DNA of 64,000 bases from Malacoraja senta (GCA_038087875.1 CM075987.1:19470001-19534000); one strand, 5' to 3'; counted from the first letter of the stretch, positions 1-13,765 are shown. The notes: generated by a model from the sequence alone, not told the origin. Program-made: numbers and translations.

Positions 1-63
1 ATGCATCAAAAGAAAGTAGCTTAAACAAAAATGGACTATAGTAACAGTAGAATCCTCCATTTA
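1..63 (+). repeat. Direct copy of intronic segment 3908-3970 (may extend past the window edge)
   Basis: 62/63 identical. Confidence 0.9.
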
Positions 64-538
64 GTGCTAGTTGGCTCCAAAAGTGCTAGTTTCTACCTAC
101 TGTCAACATATTTATAGAGACACAAGGATGCTTGTAGATGCTTGAAACTGGAGCAAAGTGCTTCAACAACTCCGTGGATCAGGCAGCATCAATAGAGGGA
201 ATGGACAGTTGATGTTTTGGGTCGAACTATGTTGATGTTTATTATGGACCCCATTCTTCTGCTTTCTTTTATGGGTGGAAGCTTGGAATTCTAAGATGGA
301 GGATGTCTGTCATGAGTCTCCTACTCCTACTAAATGCTGTTCTCTGGACATCTACATTCTTTCAATAGCTTCCTCACAGTCCAATGGGCCAATGCAGATT
401 TTCTTTTCCAGCCACTCAGCCAGCACTATTACTTCAATGAACGCAATTATATAAATGCAAAAAAATGACTGTAGTGAGAATGGCATGTCAAAAGTAGTTT
501 ATTTTTCTTATTTGACTCCAATTACTTAATTTTCAAAT

Positions 539-706
539 GTGGCTGTATTACTGCATGTTTTTCTTGTGAACATTCCTTTCAAGTTATAAATATATAGATC
601 TCTTGAAATGTTTGCTTTTGTTCCTGAATGGAAGGCTGAGTTTCAAATTAATTCTACTTTTCAGATAGTTAAATTATTAGTGACCAGATATTTGTTATTT
701 GAAGTC
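539..706 (+). repeat. 168-bp inverted copy of intronic segment 2635-2802
   Basis: Hand alignment to the reverse complement of 2635-2802: ungapped, 153/168 identical. Confidence 0.93.
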
Positions 707-1344
707 CTCCACTGGCATCCCCGTGGCAATAAAAGTGTGATTGTCACATGAGTCAGTGCGGGGTGAATCACCAAGATAATGTGATAGGCAGCCTGTGGGC
801 ATAGGAATAAAGGCCAGGTGAGTTTGCTGAGGGCCTTTGCTGAGGGCTATAGTTGCTGCTGCCTCAGCTGTTGGAAAGCTGCCTGGATCCTAACAATCCT
901 CTCATTAGCTCCTGTTGGATGGAGGGAGCCGCAGTTTCCCCTCTCTTCGTGTTTGGCCGCACAGCTTTCCACCACCTGGAGATTTCCCCATGGCAACCGC
1001 AATACTGGTCGTTGGTCGTTTACCATTGAGAAATCTCTGGGCTGCAGACAGCAGTGCATTCCAACAAGGAGGATAACAGCAGCTTACATCACACCCATCT
1101 AGATGAGAGAGACCATGGCAGAAGATGTATGTGCCGGCAACACCTGCACTCAACATGCGGATCAAGATGCAGCTCCCAGTCTTGCATCTCACTGTAGCAC
1201 AGCTCACACTCAACCAACCCAACGCTAGCTCACAGGGACATTGTGGTGAACAATTCTCTCACTGGTCTGTGGGAGCACTATTGGGGTTGTTTCTCAACCA
1301 GGTTTCAGGCCGGTGTATAGAACCACAAGAAGGAAAAGTGTTTT

Positions 1345-1630
1345 GATTGATTGAAAGACACAGCATGGAAATAGGCTCTTCAGCCCACTGAGTTCACGCT
1401 GACCATCTATCACCCATTCACACTAGTTCTACGTTATCCCACTTTCTGATCCACCACCTGCACACTAGGGGTCATTTACACATCTTTAGGATGCGGGAGG
1501 AAACTAGAGCACCTGAAGGAAACTCATGTAGTCACAGGGAGGACACGCAAACTCCACACAGACAGAACTCACAGTCAGGATCGAACCCAGGTTTCTGGTG
1601 GTATGAGGCAGCAACTCTAGCAGTTGTGCC
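1345..1630 (-). mobile_element. tRNA-derived SINE (HE1-like); related copies near 36185-36460, 50615-50893, 51900-52140 and 61480-61700
   Basis: Shared core GTGGAGTTTGC and CR1-type 3' tail; A/B-box-like head clearest in the 50615-50893 copy; bounds approximate. Confidence 0.7.
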
Positions 1631-2305
1631 AACCTCAAGCTCCCAGAAACCGGTATTCGACACAAAGCATACAGCAGCTGAGGGGCAATGAGTCATGCTC
1701 GATCAATGGCACAGTAGCGTGCAGCACACAGGTATACACTTTTATATATAGAAGTTTGCAGACCAAGTTTGCAATAGAAGTCTAGCTGTAAGTATTTAGT
1801 TTAGAGATACAGCATGGAAACAGGCCCGTCAGCCCAATTAGTTCACAAGCAAACTTGTGTCAACTTGCTTGCCCCTTCATACAAGTTCTATGTTATCCAA
1901 TTTTCTCATCAACTTGCTACAGATTTGGGGCAAATTTACAGACGCCATAACATTTCAGCGCTCCACAGGATTGCACTGTACATAAAGTGTCAAAACACAT
2001 AAAAGACTTTCTAAAGATTATCCTAAGATAATTTGGAAAATACTTCAAAAATTGTCCATAATTTCAGGATGAGCTTTTTTTATGCAGGCAAGATGAAATA
2101 ATGTATTTTTGCAAAGAAACAAATTAAAATCAAATTCAAGGAAGATATAAATTGCATTACCATTTGTAACCAGAAAGCAACACTCTGTAATGAACATGCT
2201 CAGATATAAAATAAGAATGGCTTTAAAGAACAAATATTTAATAAACTGGATAACCATATCGATAACAAAAGATTTGAGCATTTTTAAGATGGTTTAATCA
2301 CCTAC

Positions 2306-2351
2306 CTCTGGAAGTTTAAGGACTTTACAGTACTTGACTCCGTTCCTTAAC
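2306..2351 (-). CDS. USP20: USP20 small exon (LRNGVKYCKVLKLPE)
   Basis: AG/GT bounded, 46 nt; the next exon (ILCIHLKRF-type) is not seen in the window. Confidence 0.94.
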
Positions 2352-2548
2352 CTGAAAGGGGAAACATGGGAAATTAATCCATTGTAAATGCCAAACATAA
2401 ACCACATCATGCCCCTCAGAGTTTACTGCTAGTATAATGGCTGAATTGTCTGATATTCCTATTTATTTTTAATAAGAACATAGATCAGTCACAATCAAAA
2501 CAAGTGGAGAAACAATGCCAGGAAAAACAGATATATCTCCAAACTTAC

Positions 2549-2582
2549 TTCTTGCATTTTTCACAGCTGTACATGTTGTCAC
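2549..2582 (-). CDS. USP20: USP20 small exon (GDNMYSCEKCKK)
   Basis: AG/GT bounded, 34 nt. Confidence 0.94.
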
Positions 2583-3043
2583 CTGCAAAACAAAAACTTA
2601 TGGAAAAATAACTTGGGTGCGATCCACTTTTAAAGACTTCAAATAACAAAGATCTGGTCACTAATAATTTAACTATCTGAAAAGCGTAATTAATGTGAAA
2701 CTCAGGCTTCAATTTAGGAACAAAAGCAAACAATTCAAGAGATCTATGTATTTATAGGTTAAAATGAATGTTCACGAGAAAAACATGCAGTAATACAGCC
2801 ACTTTAGAACGATCAGTGCCCTCCAAGGAAAAACTTTTAAAGTTTTAATGTATTTTTGGAATTAAAGTAGGAAACTTGCAAACTCCAGTGAGGCAGTGAT
2901 TAGATCCTTTTTGTTAAAATATTGATCAGGACATGAGGGAACATAAAACATATGGTCCATAGAGGGACATTTTAGTCTTCCATGGCAAGTGGACTGTTTC
3001 CGTTATGTGATTTCTATGTATTAACATATCGCACTGAACTCAC

Positions 3044-3138
3044 CTTTCAGTTCATCAGCGGCAAAGAAAGCAGCTAAACAATCTTCTAATGTTACAACAG
3101 GACCCCAAAACCAGCTTGGGATACAGGACACGACAAAT
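3044..3138 (-). CDS. USP20: USP20 exon ([31 protein letters not shown])
   Basis: AG/GT bounded, 95 nt. Confidence 0.95.
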
Positions 3139-4024
3139 CTGCAATGGAAATTGCGCAAGTATTGATCTATCAAAATTATCATTTTGTTTTGAGATGAAAC
3201 CAAGAGTTAAAACTGGTACTTTTGTACCTGGTTGTGAGTGGAAAAAAGAGATAAAACACAAAGTCTGGCATGCACATTGTGAAAAGATAGTTGGCATGTA
3301 ACATAATCCCAAAATCTGTTCATCTATTCTTGAAAAATATAAAGTAAAATTTTGAAATAAAATTTAAATTGACAACAAGTTCACTTTTATATGCTCTAAT
3401 ATTCATATATAGTGGACATTATAAAGGATATAGAGGACATTATATTATAGAGGACATCCTTGAACACTTAATTACAGTATGGGCATTTGAAGCTATGGAA
3501 TGAACGAAGAAAATGATTCTGCACAGTTTACGTGTGATCAGTAGAATAGCCCAATGAATGAGGAAGTTTAATACAAGGATCACCGAATCATGGAGGAATA
3601 TTCAATACTTTGAGTGATTCTATTTCAAAATGATGGCTGAAATGTTCAATGCATCACTGTTAATTTAATGGAGTAGAGAAGCAGGCAAAACATCCAAATC
3701 TCCAAATACGTCAGATCGTACAAAGGTGAAACATCAAGTTTTGATTGAGTGTAAATGGCAGACCCATGTGCACAAGGTCCCCTGCATGATTTGCATTGCG
3801 CTTCTCAACATAGTTTCATTTTTTTTTTTCATACAAGAGTTTTCCTTGGTGGTATTATCAAGGAAATAATTATATGCAAGTTGATATTGCGATTGTTCAG
3901 TAATGAAATGCATCAAGAGAAAGTAGCTTAAACAAAAATGGACTATAGTAACAGTAGAATCCTCCATTTAAACGAAATGGGAATAAGGTTAGAATATCTA
4001 AAAAATTTTACAAACATTATTTAC

Positions 4025-4197
4025 CTTCTAATATAATCCATAATGAATGCTACCCAGCCTTGTGTAGAATAGGCATCACTACAGGTGCCACTTTTCACAG
4101 GTAGGTTTTGGTGGATGGATGCGTGTAATTTGGCCAGGTCCTCTTTACCAGGGATTGGCAAAGACAGATCTTGAAATGTTTCCACTGTGGAAGAAAT
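4025..4197 (-). CDS. USP20: USP20 exon ([25 protein letters not shown]...DYIRR)
   Basis: AG/GT bounded, 173 nt. Confidence 0.95.
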
Positions 4198-4753
4198 CTG
4201 TAACAGCATAGTACCATCATGTTAAAATACCAGATTCAACATTGACACCAAATCTAACATTATTGATGTTTTACTGCAATTCAATTACCGTGCCTCATAC
4301 AGTATCTTCACCAACATTACATTGTCTATTAACCTATTTTCCACATCCTCTAAATTGGATCATTCTGTATGGCTAGCCTTTGCCTTTGTTTGTTAATTTC
4401 AATTATACATTTATTTACCTTGTTTATCACAGCTGCCATTTGATAACATGTGGCTCTTTTCAATCCAGGGTTAAAGTATTCCAATAATCCGTGTTCCACA
4501 CAAAGAAGCTGAAATAATGTTACCAAATCAAACAGGCAGTGTGGTTTGCTGTATTTCCCATTAAATACAAAAATTTAGTGCCACATATTACACAAGTTGG
4601 GTTTATAGTTCCACTGAATGCATCTTGTATTACTGTTGATGACAACACTAAAAGTGAAAATTTAATCCCACACTCTATGATAATTTTGTAACTTTGCAAA
4701 TTAATATAAGATTCTACACCAAATTACAATTTATAGGTGAAAATGAGACTTAC

Positions 4754-4866
4754 TCTGTCACAGGTGAGACATTGGACCAGGCTCAATATTGACCCATCAA
4801 AGATATCAGAAATTACACTGCGATACTTGGGTTGCTTTTTCTTCTTGTTTGACAACAGAAGTTGGG
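4754..4866 (-). CDS. USP20: USP20 exon ([38 protein letters not shown])
   Basis: AG/GT bounded, 113 nt. Confidence 0.95.
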
Positions 4867-6406
4867 CTGAATGAGGCAAAAAGAAAAACGGAATTGCATT
4901 TTGCAGCATGGCTAAACCAAAATAACAAAATTCCACATTAACAAGAGCAAGTTGGACGTGTAACGCTATTATACAGCAGAATTCCAGAGTGCTATGCGGG
5001 GGTATCACCAAACAAAATTTGACACCAAACCACATAAGTTATTAACAAAAATGAGACTTAGATAGCTAGATGGGGTATAAGGGAATTCTATACTTTGCAA
5101 TTGTGCAATAAGGTATGGCCACAAATGGTGAAGTAAATAAAATAAATACTTAATTGCAGGGGCACTGGTATCTTCAGGTACATTCTGCACTCGAGGGTAG
5201 AGAAACAGTGAGGCATGGGGGTATATAAAAACAAAGATGGATATTCTAAAACTAAGACATCACTTAACTTAAAGCCATTTGTGGTCGCAGGCACAGACCT
5301 GATATGTGAATTGGACAACGCAAATTTGAAAACTGAAGGCGAGAGTTTTGACTGATTCCATGTTATTGATGAATAGTGTGAGGGAGTCTGGCCCAGAGTG
5401 CTGTGAAATAGTGCTTTAGGGGAGTAACACAGACACGAAAGAAAAGCTTCAGCAATTTATGAACCGAGGCAAGTGCAGAATCGGGCCATGTTGTAGAGCT
5501 ATCTCGCAATCAAAGTGATCCAGGTTTGATTCTGACTTCTGGTGTTATCCATGTGGATTTTGCATATTTTCCATGTGACCGCATGGATTTAATCCAGGTG
5601 CTTAGCTTTCTCCCTACATTCCAAAGCTGGTTGTTACTGTCAGTGGTAACCAAATCTGATATTTATTTTTTTATAATTGGTATAGAGAGTTCATGGGGTA
5701 GAGTTGAGTGTTGCCAGCATAGAATTGGAAACAGATTATATTTCCAGATGATGTTCGCACAACAGAGCAAGGAGGAAAGAAAGGAAGGTGATGAGAGGAG
5801 GGTGGTAAACAGAGATTAACAATATATCCATCAAGCAGCAGAGTTAACGCTGAAGGCAGAACAAGAAGCAAAGCCAATAAAGATGATTCTCTGGCTACAA
5901 ATAGAACCTAATGAAAGTAGGCCCACCAAGTTGGATAGCAGTGAAGAGGTCTCTAAAGAGGATAGTATGTTAATGTCTGTAGATGAACCAATATTTTCTT
6001 CATTATATCAAAATACTATAAAACAAAATACAACAATTTCAATACCAAAATCATGTAGATGCAGACAGGAATACAGGACCAATCATTTGCATTATCTGAT
6101 TAAAATAAAACTTTATAAGTCTTCAAAAGGCAGAACAGGTGGTTTTGCCAATTCATAGGCACATTACTGCAAAATTATCATTTGGTCAATCTGGTAACTT
6201 CAGCCAATGAAGAATGTTTACAAAAAGTCTGGTAATAAACATTGCTCTGAACTACAAATGAACTAATTTAGAAAAAGGTAAAATTTGTATACATTTTATA
6301 CAAAACAACTGAGACTTTCAGGATTTGCTGGTATGTTTTATGTTTGGGTATTAAGCCAATGTAATTTAAAAAAAAGTGGTGGTAAAGCCACTACAGAGAA
6401 AAATAC

Positions 6407-6544
6407 CTTTCTTGAGGGAATACGGTGGTACTGCTCGCATTGGACTCGATCGAGGTGGGGTGCTGGACAACTTGGAATGAAGTGCTTGATGGATAGGGCT
6501 GCATGATCGTGATATGCGACGCATGTTTTTTTCGTTGTCAGGTT
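6407..6544 (-). CDS. USP20: USP20 exon ([19 protein letters not shown]...YSLKK)
   Basis: AG/GT bounded, 138 nt, phase 1/1. Confidence 0.92.
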
Positions 6545-6786
6545 CTGGGTCAGGCAAATAGAAATAAAATTAAAACGTTGTCTTGTCCAACAGTACAGCA
6601 GGATGGCTGGAGTCACAGTAGTTTGCACTATGTCAGAAACCATTTGATTCATTTCAGTTATCACAATAAAGCTCTCAGTGAAGCGAATAATCTTGCTCCC
6701 ATCAAGATTCAGATCCTATTAAAATTCCCTGAGGAAATAAAATTGAATTCAAACCCTACTAAACCAGATCATTGAATGTCATGGAG

Positions 6787-7005
6787 GCACAAGGAACTGC
6801 AAAAGCTGGAATATTGAACAAAATACAAAGTGCTGGAGTAACTCAGTGGGTCATGTTGCACCTGTAGAGGGAATGGATAGTTGATGTTTTGGGTACGGTC
6901 CCTTCTTCTACTCTGAAAAAGGGTCCTGACCCAAAACGTCTCTTATCCATTCTCTCCAATGATGCGGCATGACCTGTTGAGTTACTCCAGCATTTTGTTT
7001 TGCTC
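6787..7005. repeat. Palindromic Penelope/MER6-like dispersed repeat; many copies (about 19055, 20470-20735, 23555-23700, 27095-27240, 27795-27920, 30530-30660, 37460-37725)
   Basis: TGCTGGAGTAACTCAG...CCCTTCTTC arm followed by its reverse complement. Confidence 0.75.
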
Positions 7006-7197
7006 ATTGAATATCATTCTGCTTCCCTCTATGTGCAAAAATGACACCAAAGGTATAATACAATTTATTGCCAAAAGCTAGTATATAAGCAGCTGCATCT
7101 AACAGTAAAATATTAAAACTGTATTAAACTGCTTAAGCATAATTCAGTAATTGAACAGGTCAAAGTAAGTTTGAAGAAAAGTCTTTAAATACAACAC

Positions 7198-7633
7198 CTG
7201 GTGTTCTGCAAGGACTATTAGAAACCATGGTAGTTCTGGCATCGCCAGAGCCTCCAGCATCTCCTGAACTCAAAGACGTGTCTACATCTGCATCTTCATC
7301 AATTGCATCCACTAATCCCAGCCTGTGGTGCCCACATGAAAATTTTCTATCCTTTTGCCTCTCTTTTTCTGAAATTCCTTTTCCACATTCATCCTGGATC
7401 AGCAGCTCCGTTTCAATCTGCTTCTCAAAAGAACATTTGCTTCTGTTTTCCCCTTCCCCTTTGTCGCTGCTTGCTCCAGAGTCACAGGAGAGAAACTCGT
7501 CCTCCGAAGGACTCCTGTCACCATCTCGTTTTTCCTCTGTGTCACTCGAGGAGTCGCAGTCTCTCTCTGTCAAGGGTTCCTTAAGCTCTTCATGGAGTTG
7601 ATCCATCAAACAACGGAGGAATTCCTGTGTGTC
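7198..7633 (-). CDS. USP20: USP20 large exon ([20 protein letters not shown]...SPCRTP)
   Basis: Within ORF 7160..7666; AG/GT bounded, 436 nt. Confidence 0.93.
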
Positions 7634-7731
7634 CTGGAAAACAAAATCAGAAGTAGAGGAGTACACCAGTCTCAGAAGTACTTGTTGTAAGATTACTTAT
7701 CTCTTTTAAGACAAAATATCTCTCAGCCAAC

Positions 7732-7810
7732 CTGCTGTGCATAACCTCGGAACATAGGATTGATCAATTTAATGCCATGGGCAAGACTTGTAGGAACAAC
7801 GTAGCTGGGA
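7732..7810 (-). CDS. USP20: USP20 exon ([26 protein letters not shown])
   Basis: AG/GT bounded, 79 nt. Confidence 0.95.
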
Positions 7811-8314
7811 CTGCACAAGAAAGAAAAATAGAAAATTAGAAAGGAGTAATCAATGATTCTTAATTCAAATAATCAAATGCTCTTTTACATTCTTCATTCC
7901 AATCAATTCCACTTCAAATGGTCAAGTCACATTAGCTTCCTTTTCTCTTTGACCCTTCTATTTCAATTTCAATACCTTTCTCAAATTCACATTGTGTTGA
8001 AGGTGGAATTAAACACCTGAATTTATATCGTAATCGGATCCCCATACTACTTTCTTCAAATTGAGCGGTTAGCTGGTGTGGATTAGAAATATAGCAAACT
8101 TACAGGATATAGCACAAAAAGGCAGCCGCACTATTCCAGGCTTGTTAAATTCTGTTTATTTCTTAAATATATTCCCATACACAGCAAGCAAACTGGTCCC
8201 ATTTGGTCATCGATCCACTGGCATTAATGCCCTCTCCCTCCCCCCATTTACACTATCAAATTCAATGATATGTCAACCAAGAATTTACAAAACAATCAGA
8301 GATAAACCCATATA

Positions 8315-8525
8315 GTCATACAGCATGGAAACATGCCCTTTGGCTCAACTTGCCCACACCAACCAACATGTCCCATCTACACTAGTCCCTGCTTTTGGCT
8401 CATATCCCTCTAAACCTGTCCTATCCATGTACCTGTCTAAATGTTTCTTAAATGTTGTGATAGTCCCTGCCTCAACTACGTCCTCTGACAGCTCGTTCCA
8501 TACACCCACCGCCCTTTGTGTGGTG
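8315..8525 (-). mobile_element. CR1-type LINE 3' fragment; similar fragments near 16200-16560, 21340-21545, 25205-25480, 33740-34140, 43345-43503, 51260-51520 and 57260-57885
   Basis: Recurrent CR1 3' end (RVV.VWN.LP..VVEA..FK..LD.YM-like) and tail. Confidence 0.7.
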
Positions 8526-9583
8526 GGTGTCCTTATTCATTTTTTCTCTGCCACATTTCGAACTTCTCAGTTCTCAATCGCAAAAAAAAGACATTATTCT
8601 GTTCCTCGTTCCACTTTTGCTGCCTGACCTGTTGAGAACTTCCAGGATTTTCTGGTTTTATTTGTACCATCTGCATGAAAATGCGGCCTAATTAGATTTA
8701 TTAGTAGTTTCATTGGAGAAAGCCCCCCAATAATTTGATAATAGAATCTACCATATGGATGGTCTCAATTAATGAGAGTAATGTATCTGGGTTCCAAATT
8801 GAGCCATTAATTTTCCTCCCGAAATATGAACCAAAGTTTTAAAACAACAAATAAATACAGCAACCTAAAATAAAAACATCACCAAATAGTAGGTAATACT
8901 CTTATTACCCAAGGTAAATAGAATATAGTTAAGTGATTATTCGTATAGATCTTGGATTACAGATGTTAAAGTATATTGTTAAATTATATAATGACAGTTA
9001 GTGCAATTGCTCCAAATCCCCAACTCCTCTCTGCCATTTTGGAAGGTGCATACTTGGAAATGTTTTCACAAATGCCCCTTCCGTTGGCTGCATGCAAACA
9101 CCACTTAGTAAAACCCAGTTAAAGGGACTACAAACTCTGGAGCTGAAAAATATTTATTTTAGTGGTATACCACCATGGTTGATGAACTGCAACATAAATA
9201 AATGGCTATTCAACAGTTTCAAATGAAACAAACAGCCTAAACCCATGCCAACCTTAATACCCCCTATCATAGATTTGTCCTTGTCCTATTCATCTCTCCC
9301 TCTCTCTCTCACACTCTCCATATTTAAAACCAGCTTATTTTCTCTTTTCTCTGTCCTTAAGGGTCTTTGACTGGAAAATTAACTTTGTTTCCCTTTCCAC
9401 AGATCTTGCCTGATCTGCTAGGTTTATCCTGCATTTTCTGTTTTAAATAGACATTGATATTGTTCCTTGTTGAAGACTTAAAGGGGTATCCAACAGTGTC
9501 TGAATCGAAGCAGTAAGATTTTTACTTTCTGTCAAATCGCAGGCAGCATTTTAGCATTATGTGCAAAAACAGATCCATAGTCA

Positions 9584-9802
<219 letters not shown>

Positions 9803-10344
9803 TTATAACATTTGCAATAGATCTCAAGTGGCACACTGAGACTACAAAAGGATTTTATTAATATTTTAAGTTTGTAGGAAAAAAGCTTCAATGTAAATCA
9901 CAAAGTTTAAAGACAAAATCAACAGATAACATTTTAAGGAGGCATACAGTCAATCATCAAAATGAAACATTGGTACTGACCATAAAGAGTGGGAGCTGGA
10001 CCTTCCTATTTGCAGCTTAGACTGGTTTGAGAACTGGTACTTTTATATTATATTGGAAGATTTAGAAGACTGAGGCCAAATACTTTTTTTCTTGAATCCA
10101 CATTCACAAAACCTTTAACTTTTTCTATTAGAAGTTGCACATTTTCCACATATTATTTTGAATGGCTACACCAAGGTAAGTTACAGTTAACATTTCCCCT
10201 CTTTAAGGTAACTACACAAATGGAAGCTGACTGATTAACTTCCGAAAGGGCACTGGATATATAGTTTAAAGAAGAGGGGTGGTTTAAGGGAGGAATCTAC
10301 AATTCTAAGGAGGCAATAGATGAACTCTGCTTTCAATAAGCAGT

Positions 10345-10720
10345 CTCGGGAGAGACCGAGTCGGGAGGTTTGACCAGCCCCGACGCAAGGTTCGATCGTC
10401 CAGCGCGGGGGAGCTGACATCCCCCAGATGCAGGAGCTGATCGCCTCGACGCAGGGGGCCCAAACGCCACCGGCTACGGGAGTCAAGATCGTCCCATCAA
10501 CGGAAGGCTCAAAGCCCCCGACCGAGGGAGAACAAAGGGAAGAGTCTTGAACTTTATTTCGCCTTCCATCACAGTGAGGAATGTGTAGGAGTCACTGTGG
10601 TGGATGTTCATGTTAAAATGTGTTTTGGGTGATCTGTTGCTTTTTATTTGTATGACTGACTTGGCAAATGAAATTCCTCGTATGTTGCAAAACATACTTG
10701 GCAAATAAAGTACTATTCTG
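10345..10720 (+). mobile_element. CpG-rich retroposon-like dispersed repeat, family unassigned
   Basis: Abrupt GC/CpG-rich block ending in AATAAA and a short tail inside an AT-rich intron. Confidence 0.5.
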
Positions 10721-10962
10721 ATAAGTATGCAGAAGTAAATGGGCATCCTGAGGTATCATTCTGTTTGATGTAATGCTTAAAGTAGTTATTCCATGGAATA
10801 GTCTAATTTATGAAAAAACAAAATTATTAAAATGGAAACATTTTAACCTAACTACCGAATAACCTGTGCCATTTGACCAGGAATTTGCATTACATTTCAT
10901 AATTTTTTTTCTTCTAGCAAATATTTATCAATTGTAACCCAAAGTCAATAAAACTCGTCCTA

Positions 10963-11079
<117 letters not shown>

Positions 11080-11261
11080 TCAGCCAATTTCAGGGGCAAC
11101 ACTACAATGCATTTGAACTCAAACTTTCCACACTAACATACTACATTCTATCTATTGAGATAAATTCCCGGTTTGTACACAATAATTTATATCACCAACT
11201 CGATACATTATCAATTCTTTTTTACTTCAGTTGCATTCAGTACCATCTGTGCTCCAAGTAC

Positions 11262-11364
11262 CTCTTGGTCTTAACTCATCATCCTCAGACTCTGATTCTC
11301 CTTCATCTGCAACAGCAATGGGAACAATTTTGAATGGATGATTTCCAAGTGATATGCCAGAGTC
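11262..11364 (-). CDS. USP20: USP20 exon (DSGISLGNHPFKIVPIAVADEGESESEDDELRPR)
   Basis: AG/GT bounded, 103 nt, ends phase 1. Confidence 0.93.
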
Positions 11365-11648
11365 CTAATAAAAGAAAAAGCCAAGTTACTGCAATGATAT
11401 AGAATGTAAACATATTGGTTTATTGCTCATAAATGATATTTTATACTTTCATAGGAAATCTATTTACATATCACCAAGAATGCTCCCACAATACCTAGCT
11501 ACCTTAATTTTTGCTTAGGAACGCAGCTCTGACTGGATAACTTAAATATCCTCAAATAACCAGTCTAATATGGAAAAATAATTTTATTTTACAAATAACA
11601 CAAATGTCTCAATACATACACCTTAATAGTAGTCCGCCTTTGTATTAC

Positions 11649-11780
11649 CTGCTCTGTTGATCTGCTTGATGGAGTTGGACTAGGCACAACAGGTCGCTGT
11701 TCCAGGAACACTTCCTTCTCACAGGCATAACACCAAACTCGAAAGGTAGTTAGGTTCACTGTCAGATTATGTTTCTTAGC
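11649..11780 (-). CDS. USP20: USP20 exon ([28 protein letters not shown]...STEQ)
   Basis: AG/GT bounded, 132 nt, WCYAC motif. Confidence 0.95.
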
Positions 11781-11911
11781 CTATGTAGGCAAAAACAGAA
11801 AATTAGGTAAATTAACATTTTGATGAAAATGAGAAAATCTCAAAAATGTCATTTGTCACTTAAAATATTTTTATAATATCAGAACTCAAGGCATTTGTTC
11901 TTCCATCAAGT

Positions 11912-13765
11912 TTAGGTTTATCATTGTCACATGTACCAAGGTACAATAAAAAGCTTTGTTTTGCAATCCAAACATAATTTGCTATCCAAACATAATTATA
12001 CATAGATGCAATCAGTTCAAACCCAAGTATGATAAAGTAAAGGTTACAGATTGCAGAATATAGTTCTCAGTATTGTAGCGCATCAACCCCACAAAGTCCA
12101 ATGTTCTCAAAGGGGTAGAGATGAATCAGACAGAACTCTAGCGCAGTGCTTCTTAAACTATTTTAGTGTCATTCACCCTTGAGTCTTTATCACAAAATTT
12201 CATTCACCCTCGACTATTTTGGTAATTTTCGTCTTATTCTTCCTTGTGTATAATTTTATATATAATTTATTTTGTCACATGAGCAAAAAACATAAATTAA
12301 CTCATTTCTTAAGTGTTCAAAAAAGTATTCAACTTTTTGAACATCCTAAAAATATATGTAAAGAAAACTAGGAGTGAAAACAAGGTTTAATTACCACTGG
12401 AGTTGGAAAATCATTCTATTAGAATTCCAATGTCTAAACACTGGGCTTCAGCCCCATCCTACCCTTTCGGGCTTTGATTACTGCAGTTTTTTTCTTGGAA
12501 AACTAGCACAAAAAACCATGGAGTATGTGATTTAATATATTAGTATCCAACTAATATAACTTTCTATAACTCTCCCCGACGAAACCTCACAATACCACCA
12601 AATATCAACTTTGGTAGCTAGATTGCTACACAAAGTAAAGTTACAGTTCAACAATTGCCTAAAGCGATCCTCCAGTGGTGCCATTTATAAATTTATGATC
12701 CCACTAGCTCGTCTTGTCTTCCCTAAAAGGTTATATTACAGTGAATTTGGGAAATATCCTGCTACTTTGAAATTACAAAACCATTGGTAGAGAGAAAAAA
12801 ACATATCAAATTTCCAGCTCAAATTGCCATTAAAACCAATAAGAGCTTACTAACCACTTTAATGGCAATGCCTTTAAGTATAGGGGAAAAAAATCTGAAT
12901 AAATTGTCATTCATCCCTCTAGTTTCATTGACCCCAAAATAATTTCATTCGCGCTTGGGTGAACTATTCATCAATTTAAGAAGCACTGCTCTAGCGAATG
13001 GAAGGACGTTCAGAAGCCACTGTTCCTGAATCTGATGGTGTGCACTTTCAAGCTTCTGTACCTTCTGCAGGAGCAGGGAGAAGAAGGAATCACTGGAGGG
13101 GGACAAATCTTTGGTTATGTTCATGTTGCCTGCTTTTCTGTGGCAGCAGGAAGTGTAGAGTCAATGATGGAAATGCTGGTCAATGTGATGGACAGGGCTA
13201 CATCTACAACTTCATGCGGTCTTGGCCAGATCTGTTCCCAAACTAATCTGTGATGCAACCCAACAATATGTTTTCTACAATGCATCTGTAGAGTTTGTAA
13301 GATTCACTGGAGACATGCCAAATTTCCTCAGGAAATAGAGGCGTTTGTGTGCTTTGGCTGTCGCATCAATGTGGTTGATCCATGACAGATCATTGGTAAT
13401 ATTAACGCCAAGGAACATGAAGCCCTGAACCATTTCCACGTCTGTACCAATGATGCACATTGGGGCATGTACTCCACCATGCTTCCTAAAGACCTTGCAG
13501 GAGAGGTTAACGTCTTAACATCATGTCATTAAGGTCTCTATATTCTTCCTGTACTCTGTCTCGTCATTGCTCTTGATTTGGCCCACCCTCTGCAAGCCGA
13601 AAGATGGTATTAGAGCCAGATTTGTGAGTGTATGGAGAGTATAACAGGGGACTGAGGACGCATCCTTGTGGAGCACCGGTGTTGAGCACTATTGTGGAGG
13701 AGGCACCTATCTTCACTGATTGAGGTCTGTGGGTCAGAAAGTGGGTACAGAAGTTTGAAAACACA
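11912..13765 (-). mobile_element. Decayed Rex1/Babar-like LINE 3' portion, interrupted by a hAT element
   Basis: RT fragments [16 protein letters not shown] and FLGVNITNDLSW...KRLYFLR. Confidence 0.8.
12144..12988. mobile_element. Non-autonomous hAT (Charlie-like) transposon, 845 bp
   Basis: TIR CAGTGCTTCTTAAA; perfect 8-bp TSD CTCTAGCG at 12136-12143 and 12989-12996. Confidence 0.93.

Noticed and set aside
7227..7601. Plus-strand ORFs of 93-124 aa
   Set aside because: Antisense shadows of the large USP20 exon.
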